Positions 1 to 12,510 of a stretch of 64,000 bases of DNA are shown here, piece by piece (the first letter of the stretch is position 1; every line of letters starts with the position of its first letter). The position numbers were made by a program, and so were the translations under genes. The DNA is taken from the NCBI GenBank assembly GCA_951406725.2, contig OX597824.1, positions 94,860,001-94,924,000 of the forward strand. The letters run 5' to 3'. The notes below the pieces were generated by a model. The model ran no database searches, was not told where the DNA came from, and was given only the letters and a program-made list of their open reading frames with translations. The stretch comes from Octopus vulgaris (lineage: Eukaryota).

Positions 1-531
1 GTCCAGCAGGGCACAATCGACAAAACTGGCCCACTTGCCACAGTTGCCCCTTTCATATGTCCAGCAAGGCACAATTGACAAAACTGGCCCACTTGCCACA
101 GTTGCCCCTTTCATATGTCCAGCAGGGCACAATCGACAAAACTGGCCCACTCGCCACAGTTGCCCCTTTCATATGTCCAGCGGGGCACAATCGACAAAAC
201 TGGCCCACTTGCCACAGTTGCCCCTTTCATATGTCCAGCAGGGCACAATTGACAAAACTGGCCCACTCGCCACAGTTGCCCCTTTCATATGTCCAGCAAG
301 GCACAATCGCAAAACTGGCCCACTTGCCACAGTTGCCCCTTTCATATGTCCAGCAAGGCACAATCGACAAAACTGGCCCACTTGCCACAGTTGCCCCTTT
401 CATATGTCCAGCGGGGCACAATCGACAAAACTGGCCCACTCGTCACAGTTGCCCCTTTCATATGTCCAGCAGGGCACAATCGACAAAACTGGCCCACTCG
501 CCACTGTTGCCCCTTTCATATGTCCAGCAGG
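1..531. repeat. 58-bp tandem minisatellite, about 9 copies, truncated by window start
   Basis: Unit gtccagcagggcacaatcgacaaaactggcccacttgccacagttgcccctttcatat repeated head-to-tail with few substitutions and one 1-nt deletion near 309; no spacers. Confidence 0.97.
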
Positions 532-553
532 GATTATGAGCAACGACAATCTG

Positions 554-860
554 CTACATTTTTTTAGTAATACTAGTTGTATTGCCCGTACTTGTTGTTA
601 TCATGTTTACGGAAGGGAAACAAACTTCCCAAAGATATGAAGTTAAGAAAAGGATTGCTTTGAGTGTTTTTGTTGTGATGAAGGGGTTTCTAAACGGGAG
701 AGCGAACCAGGATGAAGCTGTGTCTGTTGATGCCTGCTGAAGTTTCAGCCTCCCACTTCTGATTTCTGGATACTTATCTTCTTCTGGAATGGTAAATTTC
801 ACTGACTCAGACATGTTTAGCATTGACATCTGTCCCTCTTATCCACTGAAGATGTATAGG
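554..860 (-). mobile_element. Degenerate hAT (Charlie/ZBED-like) transposase C-terminal fragment
   Basis: ORF 554-829 contains KTLKAILFLTSYLWEVCFPS followed by a frameshifted NKYG, resembling the hAT dimerisation motif LLPFxTSYLCExGFS..KTKYR. Confidence 0.45.
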
Positions 861-1016
861 CGCAGGAGTGGCTATGTGGTAAGTAGCTTGCTTACCAACC
901 ACATGGTTCTGGGCTCAGTCCCACTGCAAGGCACCTTGGGCAAGTGTGTTCTACTATAGCTTCGGGCTGACCAATGCCTTGTGAGTGGATTTGGTAGATG
1001 GAAAATGAAAGAAGCC

Positions 1017-1050
<34 letters not shown>
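859..1050 (+). mobile_element. tRNA-derived SINE family A, 5' half
   Basis: Head ggcgcaggagtggctatgtggtaag...ggctcagtccc (A/B-box-like); same sequence recurs at 6681, 7741, 15719, 27881 and 28255. Confidence 0.85.
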
Positions 1051-1053
<3 letters not shown>

Positions 1054-1835
1054 ATGTGTTTGTGCGACTCTTATCATGTTAGTTTTTCTTTAAAAGAATT
1101 CATTTTTGTCAGTGCAACTAAGAATATTTCCTTTTTCCCTGCATAAAGTTCAGAGGTCTATGATTTTGAGATGAGGTCTTTTCTGCAGATAAAATGGTGT
1201 ATATAAAAAAAAAAAAAAAAATTTGCATTCTCAACATAGAAAGCCCACCGTCTATGCAGATACTGATATATATATTGTCCATGATTAATTATGGGAGTAG
1301 AAATAACTTAACATAAAAATATCTTTTCCTCTTGTTGCTTCTGATAATGACTTACAAAATAAAATTGCTCCCTGATGTCTTTATTACAAACAAAATCTTG
1401 TGAATGTTAGAAGCTGAGCTTTACATCGGTGGATTCATTCAACCGGGCAGCTTGTGTGCATGCACACACAACACATAGATTCTTTTATGCATTGGCTAAC
1501 AGTTATCCAGCATAGGAAGGCTAGTTCTTCTCGTATGCCTCGGCAAATGGAATATTCCCCATTTTGCAATATCCAGGGGAAATACTGACTTGGCTTTTTT
1601 CTTCATGAACCCTGTTATGAAAATGTCTTTTTTAGCTGACTTGGAACCAGTGTCTAGTTTGCTGGTTTCTCAGTACATATGATGTGGCTGCAGGTCTCTC
1701 AATGAAGTAAATCTGAAATCCAAATAGTTCTTATTTAATTGGTGCACTATTATTTTGGAACCAGCACCAGGAGCAACCAATTCTAGTATCAGTTACTATC
1801 ATCAAATTAGATATTTTTAACAATTTTTTTCATGG

Positions 1836-2050
1836 TTAACCCTTTTGTTACTAACTCTGGCTCTGTGGTAAAATGTCCTGCTTTCATAAGCGTTGAATTA
1901 AAAATCTTCCACCAAGCCTTAGTCACAATTTATGTTCCTAACACTAGCTTAATGATAACTAAGTTATTTTACTAAATTCTTTGTTATATTTAAAATTAAT
2001 TGAAAGAAACACAGAGCATCTCAAAATATATAGAGTAATGAAAGGGTTAA
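1836..2050 (-). mobile_element. piggyBac-type MITE family D
   Basis: TTAA-CCCTTT...AAAGGG-TTAA termini; body is the reverse complement of 3053-3283 and 50433-50661. Confidence 0.85.
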
Positions 2051-2098
2051 TGAGCATTATATGTACCAAATCCTGATATTGTAATTTGTCATTCTTGC

Positions 2099-2300
2099 TT
2101 GACCCTTTAGCATTCAAATGTTATGCTTATTTATTCACATCATTTTGAATTAATTATACATTATCTCATAGCTTTAAGATTTTGGTGATGTAATTGTTTA
2201 ATTTTAGAACGACATTGTAGTGTAGGTGTGAGAGGCCATATCTGATTAGTTTGAAAATAAAACAGGTAGAATATTTAGGCCAGATATGGTTGGTTTAAAA
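2099..2300 (+). mobile_element. TTAA-type MITE family E
   Basis: Starts ttgaccctttagcattc; body shared with 17330-17550, 27564-27765, 27958-28133, 42234-42432 and 55520-55738. Confidence 0.75.
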
Positions 2301-3052
2301 AGTTCTTCTGTATTATTATTCTCATAAAGTACATGATATAATAATAAATATTTTGAATGAGTGCTAGCTAATGCAAAAAGTGAGAAGTACTCTTGCTTTT
2401 GGATGGGGTAAAACAATTCTGTCTCAATTTTACAAAATTATCTAAGATTGATTTTGATTTTGTGTAGTGAAATCTTAAGGCATTTGATTGGCAGAGTTAT
2501 TAGGGCATCTGATAAAATGTGTTATGATATCTGTTTGACTTCTCTGCATCCTGGGCTCTAATTCCACCAAGGTCAACTTTGCCTTTCATCCTTTTGGGGT
2601 TGATAAAGAAAGTACAAGCTAAGAAGGGTTGAGGTGGCTATCTGCTCATGACTACTTACACACCTGCTGAAGTAATTAGTGAAAGCGTGATACCTGCCAT
2701 CGTGTCATCTTTGATTCTGAGTGATGGCCTCAGTGAAATTTAGACCGTTTGAAATAGAATTTTTATAAGATTCATTTACACAATTTAAAAAGTAAAAAGA
2801 TTAAGACAAAGACCTCTGTTCAAATATCTAAATAAACTGAATATACTTCGGAAATAAATAAATTTGAGTTTAGATAAAATTGCAGTAGATTAAATTCTGC
2901 AGATCATTTACCTTTGCACCTCCTGCATAATCTTCATCAAAATGACTAACTTAAGGGACACTCACTGAAGCAGTATGCCTTTAGTTGGGAAAGAGAAACA
3001 AAAAAATAGGGTTTGCTGATTGTTAATTCTTTATGCCTTTTTCATATCAATC

Positions 3053-3283
3053 TTAACCCTTTCATTACTGAACTTATTTTGAGATCCTCTGTGTTTCTTT
3101 CCATTAATTTTAAATATAACAAAGAATTTAGTAAAATAACTTTGTCATCATTAAGCTAGTGTTAGGAACATAAATTGTGACTAAGGTTTGGTGGAAGATT
3201 TTTAATTCAACGCTTATGAAAACAAGACATGTATATTAAAGAGCCAGAGCCGGTTTCAGCCAGGTTGGTAACAAAAGGGTTAA
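3053..3283 (+). mobile_element. piggyBac-type MITE family D
   Basis: ttaaccctttcattac...gtaacaaaagggttaa terminal inverted repeats with TTAA ends. Confidence 0.85.
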
Positions 3284-3835
3284 ATTGAGAAAAGCAAGGA
3301 TGGTTTGTTGAAGAAATTGGAATACTTTTACAGATTGTAGAGCGAATTGGTGTACTTAGTGATCCATGGTTCTTATTATGCTGTTTCCCCGAATGAAAAT
3401 ATTGGAAAGTAGCTGCTTATTATATGTGATAGAGATGGAATTCATTAACAATTTTACGCTTTCTTACAAATTAACACTTGTTAATGACTAGATGTATATT
3501 AGTAGAGTGCACGTACCCCCTCTCGACTTATGACCCTGTTCCCTTCTGACTGACAGGTCATAGGTCAATCTGGTGATGTGTTGGATTTATATTTTTCAAC
3601 ACTTATTTCCATTCAAACACAAATGATGTTTGAAAGTGACTGAGTGAGAGGCAGTGACAGGCAGTGGATACCTGGGTCTGAAGGAAGCCTGCGTTGCCAA
3701 ATGCTGCCATAGTTATCCTACACACAGCTGCCCAACGCCCAAAAATCAATTTTTTATTTATTTTTTATTTCCTTATTTTTTGTGGTCGTAAGTGCAGATG
3801 GTCATATGTTGCATAGATTGTAATTTGAGGAGAGG

Positions 3836-3873
<38 letters not shown>

Positions 3874-5519
3874 TGTGTCTGGGCAAGAGTCATTCCCTTT
3901 TAGTACCTTAGTATTTAACACACTCACTGGTTCGATTTCTGCTTATTTATTTTTTGTAAAATTTTCATTGTGTCTTGCAACCTTTTCAATAGTCATTGAC
4001 TCTGTCCGTTATCCGAACTGCATTCTTTTTGTTTGTGTGCCTGTGTGTAGGTCAGTGTGTATATGCACATAGATATGTATGCATGTATGTGCACTTGTAT
4101 TCTGCACATTTATGTATTCGTGTGTGTGTGTGTGTACCTCTGTCTCCTTTTGTGTGCATATATACGTTATATGTCTTGGTAGTTGTTACCTAAATATGGA
4201 ATTACAAAATCTTGTCCTTGTTGGCATTTGATGATAACTTTTGATTTGTTACCCAAAAGTAAACATTTGACGTCAAAACGACTTCCAATTGAAGCTATAC
4301 ATAGCTTTTACAGAAATTCTATTTTAATGAAGGGCTCGTTGGTGCATATCATCAGGTATATCACACACTACATAATCTACATCTACAGCCTCATATTCAG
4401 TCATTTGCCAAACGAGCACACCTCTTAAAATAATCAGCATTATCTCCTCGTAAATATTATATTCTTCCACTTCTTCTTACTCAAGATGTTTGTAATTATG
4501 TTATAAGTCAGACTGTCTATGGAAGTATGTTCCAAATGATTCCTGTTTACAGAAAATCTTACTGAGAACCCACCTCAGTTTCTCTCTTATTTTGTATGAT
4601 TTGACCCCAAACTAATTTTTAGTTCTTGCCAGTATCTCTTGTTTTGTATTTCTTTTTAAATGTCCCCCTTGTGTTTTTGTATGCCTTGTGGAAAATAAGA
4701 TCTGGGTACTTCACTCTCCTGCACCTCACCAAGACATCAGCTACAAACATTAGAATATGGAAACTACTGTAACATGAACATGGAACAGACAAGCTGCAGT
4801 TGATGAACGATGGTTAGAAGTCACTGATTCAAACTGAAAGTACCGTCTGAGTGGCTTCCCAGCTGCTGAAGCTGACGTTCTCTCATACTTTAAACATCCC
4901 ACAATTTATTGTGCTCAGTTACAAGGTTGATAGATATAGGCCAGTAGATATTAATCTTTATACTACAAGGTAGATGATTGAAAAAGTGTCCTTGACGTAT
5001 GCAGAGATAGAATAGTTTCTAAGAAAACTTGAATCTTGAATCTCGATGACTATTTCCTTATGTAACCCGTAAATGCTTGTTGAGTTTTTGAGCAGCTGAG
5101 AAATATTTGACTCACAAGAAAGGAAAAAGAGAAAAAGTTCTTTTGGAACTGTTGTATTAAGTAGTGAAGTAAAAGGAAGTGGGTGATGCCTGCTCACCCC
5201 TTAGATGAGTAGGGACAGGAATTAAATTATATTTACTGAGGAGTTTGAAGTGTGACTCAGTGAGATTCTACGCAAATTTCTCTGGATTTTTCTTAACCCT
5301 TTTCTTGCCATGTTTCTATTGGAATACACTATTTTTGTTTTAATGAATTTTGAAAATAATGAAGAATTTAGTAAAATACTTTTGTCCTTATTACAGACAT
5401 AACAATGTATAATTTTAATATGGTTTTCTTGAGGCATAATATGATAACCTTAAAAATTTAAGGCTTCATTATTCTGCAGTTGTTATAATTGATGAACTTA
5501 TGAAATTAAAATTGAATTT

Positions 5520-5647
5520 TCTTCCTTCCTTCCTTGCTTCCTTTCATCTTTCTTTTCTTCTTTCCTTCCTTCCTTCTTTCCTTCCTTCCCTCATTTCTTT
5601 CTTTCCTTCCTTCCTTCTTTCTTCCTTCCTTCCTTTCTTTCTTTCTA
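5520..5647. repeat. Polypyrimidine (CTTC/CTTT) low-complexity tract
   Basis: Almost pure C/T run. Confidence 0.9.
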
Positions 5648-6556
5648 TCTAGAGTTTGTGAAATAGTATTTTTATTTGTGTGTGTGTGTGCGCATGTTGA
5701 TCTAGCACTTTCTTGCCGTTCAGTTAAGTAAACTTCTCTAAACTTGAAATCATCCTCAGCATTGTTCAACATCCCTATTCCATACTGGTAGGGTTTTGAT
5801 GGCTGTATGCCCTTCCTAATGCCAACCACTTCAGTGCCCTGGGTGACTTCTAGATATCACTGGCACTAGTGAGTTCACCAAGTAACTTGCAAGACAGGAC
5901 CCCCCCCTTTAACTGAGGACGGTAGAAGTGAAGTGTTAAAGGAAGCGACTGTATGCCAAGAGATGAGAAACTGGAGTATGACAGAGAGAGACAGAAACAG
6001 GTGGTTTGTTAGAAAAGAAGATACATTTCTACTTCAGCTGGAAAAGGAGAGAAGATGGTGAAGAAATGTCAGGGCACAAGATCAGGTGACAGGAAGGTGA
6101 ACGTAAGAGAAGTGGCCCTTTTTTACAGGGTGAATGGTTAGGTTAATTCAGCCATGAGTACATCATGAATCCCATCACGGCTACTGTGTTGTATCATTGA
6201 CAAAGACACCCAGCTCAATGGCCTAATTCATTTGTAATTTAAATTAGGTGCTGTACAGGCCAATGTTACAGGTAATGAATGATAGTAAATAGATATCTGG
6301 CTGGTTTGCTGTGTGATTACTCATATTTCAGTACCCTGGAAACTTTTTGTTTTTCACTGCTTTTATTCTTTAATTCTTTCTAAGGTTGTGTTTTAACTCT
6401 ACTAGAATGCAAATTGCCAAATCCTACAAAGACTACCAAGACCAATTTTTCAACATTAAATAATAAAGCCTAACTAATGCCTTCATTGTAGACTATCATT
6501 AAAGAAATGAAAAAACGACCTATTTTGGCCCTATATAGCAAATATTAAGTTGGTCA

Positions 6557-6663
6557 ATCATCATCATCGTTTAACGTCCGTTCTCCATGCTAGCATGGGT
6601 TGGACGGTTCAACCAGGGTCTGGGAAGCCAGAAGGCTGCACCAGGCTCCAGTCTGATCTGGCA
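6557..6663 (-). mobile_element. RTE-like LINE 3' UTR fragment (family B)
   Basis: catcatcatcgtttaacgtccg...gatctggca matches the 3' UTR attached to the ORF2 end at 30455-31125. Confidence 0.75.
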
Positions 6664-6680
6664 ATATATATATATATATT

Positions 6681-7070
6681 TTATTCTTTTACTTGTTTTA
6701 TCCATTTGACTCTGCCATGCTAGGGCACTGCCTTTAGTCGAGCATATCAACCCCAGGACTTATTCCTTGTAAGCTTAGTACTCATTCTATCGGTGTCTTT
6801 TGCCAAACTACTAAGTTACAGGGACGTAAACACACCAGCATCAGTTGTCGAGCGATGTTAGAAGGGACAAACACAGACACATAAACATACATGCACACAC
6901 ATACACACGACAGGCTTCCTTCAGTTTCCGCCTACCTAATCCACTTGCAAGTCTTTGGTTAGCTTGAAGCTATAGTAGAAGACACTTGCCCAAGGTGCCA
7001 TGCAGTTGGACTGAACCTGGAACCATGTGGTTGGTAAGCAAGCCACTTACCACACAGCCCCTCCTGCGCC
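6681..7070 (-). mobile_element. SINE family A, near full length
   Basis: Reverse complement of the family A head, internal (TG)n and the gtaaaagaataaaa tail. Confidence 0.88.
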
Positions 7071-7740
7071 TATTTATTCATGATCTTGTGAATTATTTTG
7101 AAATGCTTGGATGCTATGATATGTGGTTGAAGCAGTAGAAATGTAGGCTTTAGTGCTGTGTCTAAACATGGACTAGGTTGTCTACGTTAGTTTATTGATA
7201 ACCTTACTTATCTTAAATGTAAATGAAATGAGATTATCTTTGAAAAGAAGGCAAACAAACATTTTAACTGGTATGAGTTATTTAAGTTAACTCAAAACAT
7301 CCATTTTTTATTGACATGTTTGCATAAGTAGACATATATGCAAAGAAGGGCACCCATGTCCCACCCTGGTTTGATTCCATTTTTATAGTCTCATGTATAC
7401 ATATTGATCAAGAAATGAATGATAGAAAAGCGGCTGGGTTCTCTGATGTTGCTGTAATTTTGCTTTCGACTCGGTGGTGGCTAGGATTACGTGCACACTT
7501 TTTAGCTTCTTACATCTTAGGGAAATAAATTTACACTTAATGAAGGTAAGCTACTTAACAGTCCATCATGTTATATTTTGATGAGCATTAACTGGATATC
7601 AAACTAGTTTTAGAGTATGTATATGAAAATATAAGTTGGCAGGTTTGAAGAGTTTTCTCTCATTTTAAACTAGTTATTTCATTTCCCAAAGTGTTCCAAT
7701 CAGACCATTCTTGCATGCGCATGCACACACACATACACTC

Positions 7741-8119
7741 AAGGAGTGGCTGTGTGGTATGAAGCTTGCTTCTAAAACACATGGTTCTGGGTTCAGTCCC
7801 ACTATGTGGCACCTTTGGCAATTGTCTTCTACTATTGCCTCAGGCCGACCAAAGCCTTGTGAGTGGATTTGGTAGACGGAAACCGAAAGAAGTCCATCAT
7901 GATTGTCTGTGTCTATGCATGTATGTCTTTGTGTATATGTTTGTACTCCCATCACTGCTTGACAACCAGTATTAGTGTGTTAACTTAGTGGTTCAGCCAA
8001 AGAGACCGATAGAATAAGTACTTGGCTTAAAAAAAAAAGTCCTGGGGTTAATTTGTTCAACTAAAAACCCTTCAAGTGCTCCAGCATGGTTGCTATCAAA
8101 TGACTGAAACAGATAAAAG
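7741..8119 (+). mobile_element. SINE family A
   Basis: aggagtggctgtgtggt...ggttcagtccc...gctccagcatgg...gactgaaac. Confidence 0.85.
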
Positions 8120-8145
8120 TGTATATATATATATATGTATATGTA

Positions 8146-8300
8146 TATGAGGGGGTGTTGAAAAGTTGTTGGCTTTGGGTAAAAGAAAATACAGGAGGAT
8201 CAGTTAATTATGATTTTATTCAACATATTCCCCTCTCAGACTCACACACTTACTTCAGTGGCCCTTCATTTCCTCTAAGCCTTGTAAAAGAACTTGGAAG
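8146..8300 (-). mobile_element. mariner transposon 3' end with TIR
   Basis: TA + tgagggggtgttgaaaagtt TIR-like end; minus strand reads SKCVSLRGEYVE*, matching the mariner C-terminus WxKCxxxxGxYVE. Confidence 0.75.
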
Positions 8301-8603
8301 TTTGTTCAACTAAAGGTGGTGCTCCAGCATGGCTGCAGTCAAAACACCGAAACAAATAAAAGAAGAATAAAAAAATTAAAAAACTGATAATTAGAAATGT
8401 CAGATAGACTTTTTATTTTTTTATAATTATTTTATGTATTACTTCAGTCAAAGCGAGGGGAAAGGTCAGTGTCCATGACCTTTCTCAGGGCCTCTGACAT
8501 TTGTGAGAGGAAGAGAGATGGTTATCCTTGGATAGAAAACTTGACTTAAATGCTTGCACCAACAAGACCCATAACAGCCAAGTGCTAGTGTTAAACCAAA
8601 TAA

Positions 8604-8703
8604 CAGATTAAGCTTACTATCTATTTCTTTACTGCACACAAGGGGCTACACACAGAGGGGACAAACAAGGACAGACAAACGGATTCAGATTAAGCTTACT
8701 ATC
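8604..8703 (-). mobile_element. 5'-truncated SINE tail with 18-bp target-site duplication
   Basis: cagattaagcttactatc at 8604-8621 and 8686-8703 flanks a 64-bp insert that is the reverse complement of the tail at 54233-54295. Confidence 0.8.
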
Positions 8704-9989
8704 CAACAACAAGACTGGTCCCTCTCATGAGCTTCCACACAGTTCTCATTTACCAAATTTCACTCAGAAAGGCTTTGGTCTTTCATAGTAGAGAACACTT
8801 ATTCATGGTGTTATGCAGTAGGTTTGAACCTGAAATCAGAGTCCTAAAGCAAAACACTTTAACCACACAGCCATATCATTGCCTTTTGAACACTATAAAA
8901 ATTGGTAAACTTTCTTTTGCACATATTAGAAATTTACAGTCAACTGTTTGCTACAGCTAAAAGGAAACAAATTACCCACTCGTCATATCTTTACTTAATG
9001 AACTAATAATTCAATGAACATAATTATCGTTAGTGCAGAATGCAGTCTTCACACTGGTAAAGTTTTGTATTTTTTTAGAATTTGTATTTTAATTAGTTAT
9101 ACTCTAATTGTCTTCGAGTAACAATAATTAAACACGTGTATTCATTTATTATTGATGTGTAAATCAAACCCACTTTAAGCTACATCTGGCATCTTAAAAA
9201 GAAGGGAACATCATAAGGTTCTGGATGCTCACATCATCGCCATCACCCTCCCTTTCCTCCTCCTCCTCCTCCTCATCATCATCATCACCATTGTGATTTA
9301 GCTGTGAAAGGAGAGAGCTGTAAGATTTTTCTTTTATGCTTATTTCCATCATCGTCATTATCATCGCACCCCCACCCACCCCAACGTTCTGTACTTATGT
9401 CTTGGTGTTGTTGAGAGAGACTGACTGTTTATGCTTCCAAATTTTAATCATTGTGTCGAAATTATGTTCTACAAAAAGAAAGGTGCCATTATGTTCTGCC
9501 AAGGTCACCTTAGCCTTTCATCCTTTCAGGATCGATAAAATAAGTACCAGTTGAGTACTGGGGTCAGTGTAATCGACTTACCTCTTCCCCTGAAATTACT
9601 GGCCTCGGGTCAAAATTTAAAACCGATATTAGATCATGGAAGCAGACTGTGTTCTTTGTTTTTTCGATGGCTAGGGTAAAAGAGCAGTAGTTCCTACATG
9701 GGTTGGGGAAACTGTACAATGAGCGTTTAACTCAAAAGGCCATAGGAACATAACAATTAATTAAATGCCAGTAACAGAAATAACATGTTTTTAGAACTGG
9801 ACACGGATTTGATTAACTGTTGTATAACTTTGAAAAATTTGCAATCACTGTTTCCTTGAATGTTCTTTGTATTTATTTACCAGCTTTATTTTTTTCCACT
9901 AACAAGAAAGGGTTTCTTAACAAGAGCCCCGTTTCATTTTAAAAGCCAGCTATATTTTTTTCCTTTTCATGCTTTTGCGTTCCCCTTAT

Positions 9990-10960
9990 TTCATTCGCAC
10001 ATACCAAACGATTCCCTCAATAAGGCACCATAATCTCTCCTCCCTTGTTGTCTGCGACAAAGTTGGCAAGGTGGAATAAATTATTTTGCCATATGGCAAG
10101 TTTTGGACAGAACCCTTTGTTGATGCGTGTGGGAGTGCTGGGGTGATAATGGCGAAGAATAGATTGGAAATAGTGAAAGAGAAGAAAGAAAAAAAAAGAA
10201 AAAAAAAAACACAAAGTGAAGAATGAGGTGGTGATGCAACAAAAGGAAATGGATGTTTGTGGAAGATCAATAAAGCTGGAGTGAAGAGTTAATCAACAAG
10301 ACCACTTGTAAATTTACGAGAGATGAAAGGGAATGGGTTAAGATCAGAAGGGAAGACAGCGAAGGATGAAGAGAAAAGCTTGTTTCGAATTGTGTGTTGT
10401 GTGGGGGTATGTGTGCCCAGTATGGAGTTGGAAAGACCAGAGTTCAAATGCATGCTCTGTACAAATGTTGGGTAGAGTAGATTTGTCTATTACAAGCAAA
10501 ATGCCACACTGACAGTCCATCCATTTCTTGGGTCCAGTGGTGTGTGTATGCACATAGGCGCGCACAATGCATGCATTAAAGAGAGCATTGGTTGTTGCTG
10601 CATAACTGGCGGTTGAGAAAAGGTTAATCAGAGAAAATGAAGAAGGGCAAGGCTAATGTAAGCTTGGAGACTGAGAGGCATTCATTAGTGCCTGTGAGTG
10701 AGAAAGTGACCCCCCCAAAGCATGCTATTGATGGAGTCAGGGTCAGGGTGGTTGGTGTTTAAGAAGACAGAAAGATAAGCATGGTAAATGCTTCTTGAGC
10801 TGAAGGATTTGGAGTTCATGGGGGGGGGGGGTTCTGTCCTTGAGCAGCAGACTCAATCTGTTGCAGACAAGTCTAGTGACAGCCCATGCATACAATTCTT
10901 CCCTTTCCATGTCACGGACCACTGATAATGTCTAAGGTCTTGGCACAGTTATTATCACAA
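9990..10960 (-). mobile_element. Highly decayed CR1-like LINE ORF2 fragment
   Basis: Minus strand PSTPTRINKGFCPKLA resembles GPDGIPxRxLKECAPELA upstream of the RT domain; many stops. Confidence 0.4.
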
Positions 10961-11466
10961 GTGTTGCCTTCAAGATGGAATAGGTACTGCAAAGCTCTGA
11001 TCATCCCATTTCTTTATCCAATGTAATTGGAATTAAGCTTATCTCGTATGTTTTAACTGTTTCAAGACTACATTAATGTCTCAGGGAGAATGGGCTTCAA
11101 CTTCTTTCAGGTCGGGTAAGCTTGTAGGAGCTTCTTTCCCGGCCTGTGGTACAAAGTAGTTGTAGATATTGATTAGTACAGTGGTTTCTTTGCATCCTAG
11201 GTGTTTTAGGAATATTGTTAATGATTTTCTCAGTTCCCAATACTTTTTGAGTTATGAAATTCCTCTGTTGTTTTTTTGAGTGTCTGTTGAAATATAGGGC
11301 TCAAAATCTTCCTGCCAGAGGAAGATGGGTATTTGTGGTTTGTCCCTTGGTTTTCAGGCCTTTGGTGGTATACGTCTGATGACAGTGTTTATGGTTGGAG
11401 TGTGGTTTTATTATTTTCCTCATACAGTGGATCCTCGGTTTATGAACTCCTCTCATCACAAGCAAA

Positions 11467-11725
11467 TCATCATCATCATCGTTTAACGTCCGTTTTCCAT
11501 GCTAGCATGGGTTTGACGGTTTGACCGGGGTCTGGGAAGCCAGGAGGCTGCACCAGGCACCAGTCTGATCTGGCAGTGTTTCTACAGCTGGATGCCCTTC
11601 CTAACGCCAACCACTCCGTGAGTGTAGTGGGTACTTTTTACGTGCCAGGCGAGGCTGGCAACGGTTGGTGCTTTTTATGTGCCACCAGCACGGAGGCCAG
11701 TTGAGGCGGCGCTGGCATTGGCCCA
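11467..11725 (-). mobile_element. RTE-like LINE 3' UTR (family B)
   Basis: (CAT)n tail plus ggatgcccttcctaacgccaaccac core. Confidence 0.8.
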
Positions 11726-12289
11726 GTCTACAATTAATTTTTCAAACATAAAATGTCTCTTTCTTTCAAGTCAGTCCAATCCAGTAACCTTATAAGGCAA
11801 GGAAGAATAGTCACCATCATGACCACCACTCTCATGGCTATCACCACTACCACCACGACCATAACCATCACTGTGACCACCACCTTCATCATGTTCATTT
11901 TTTCTCCCCGCTTGCGTGTGTACTGGTGTGGGTTGGATGGGTCTGTTCCAGCACAGTATCTCACCACTTATATATATAATGATAACCATTAAAAATCCAG
12001 TAATCCAATGTAATTAGTAAATAATAGTAGCTGTCAAGGGGAAATTAATGTTTTCTGAAGTAACCGATGCTGTATGCGGCCAGCAACGACTTCGTCAGGT
12101 TTAATCCAGACCTAATAACAAGATAGTCCTGCACTTTATATTATTAACGAGTTTGGTCAATGATACTTGTATATTTAATGCTTTTTGCCACCCTCTTTGT
12201 TTCTTATGTTATAAATATAGTCACTGGTTCCTTGTTTTTGGATATTTGTTATAATTTTAGATTAACCAATACCCAACTACAATGGACAC

Positions 12290-12510
12290 ACCAACAAAAT
12301 TGTAATTGGTTGCAAGTGATTGAATATGCTAAGAAACATGGCAACCAGGATGCTACCAGACAATTTGGACCGCCTTCTGCAGAGACGCTGAAGACCACAA
12401 GCGCACTGACTCACCACACAGGCTGGCTGGACTTGATTGAGAGAGATGGTTTCAGATTTGTGTTGCGGGTAACAGAGATTCTGGTAGCGTGGTGTCGACA
12501 GAAGAAGTAT
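12290..12510 (+). mobile_element. pogo-family transposase relic (Brinker-like DNA-binding domain)
   Basis: LQVIEYAKKHGNQDATRQFGPP resembles the KLxVIEYAExxGNRAAxRxFG motif of POGK-type transposases; no DDE domain seen. Confidence 0.6.

Noticed and set aside
1-531. CRISPR array or protein-coding repeat gene
   Set aside because: Units are contiguous with no unique spacers, there are no cas genes, the context is eukaryotic, and the ORFs follow from the stop-free unit
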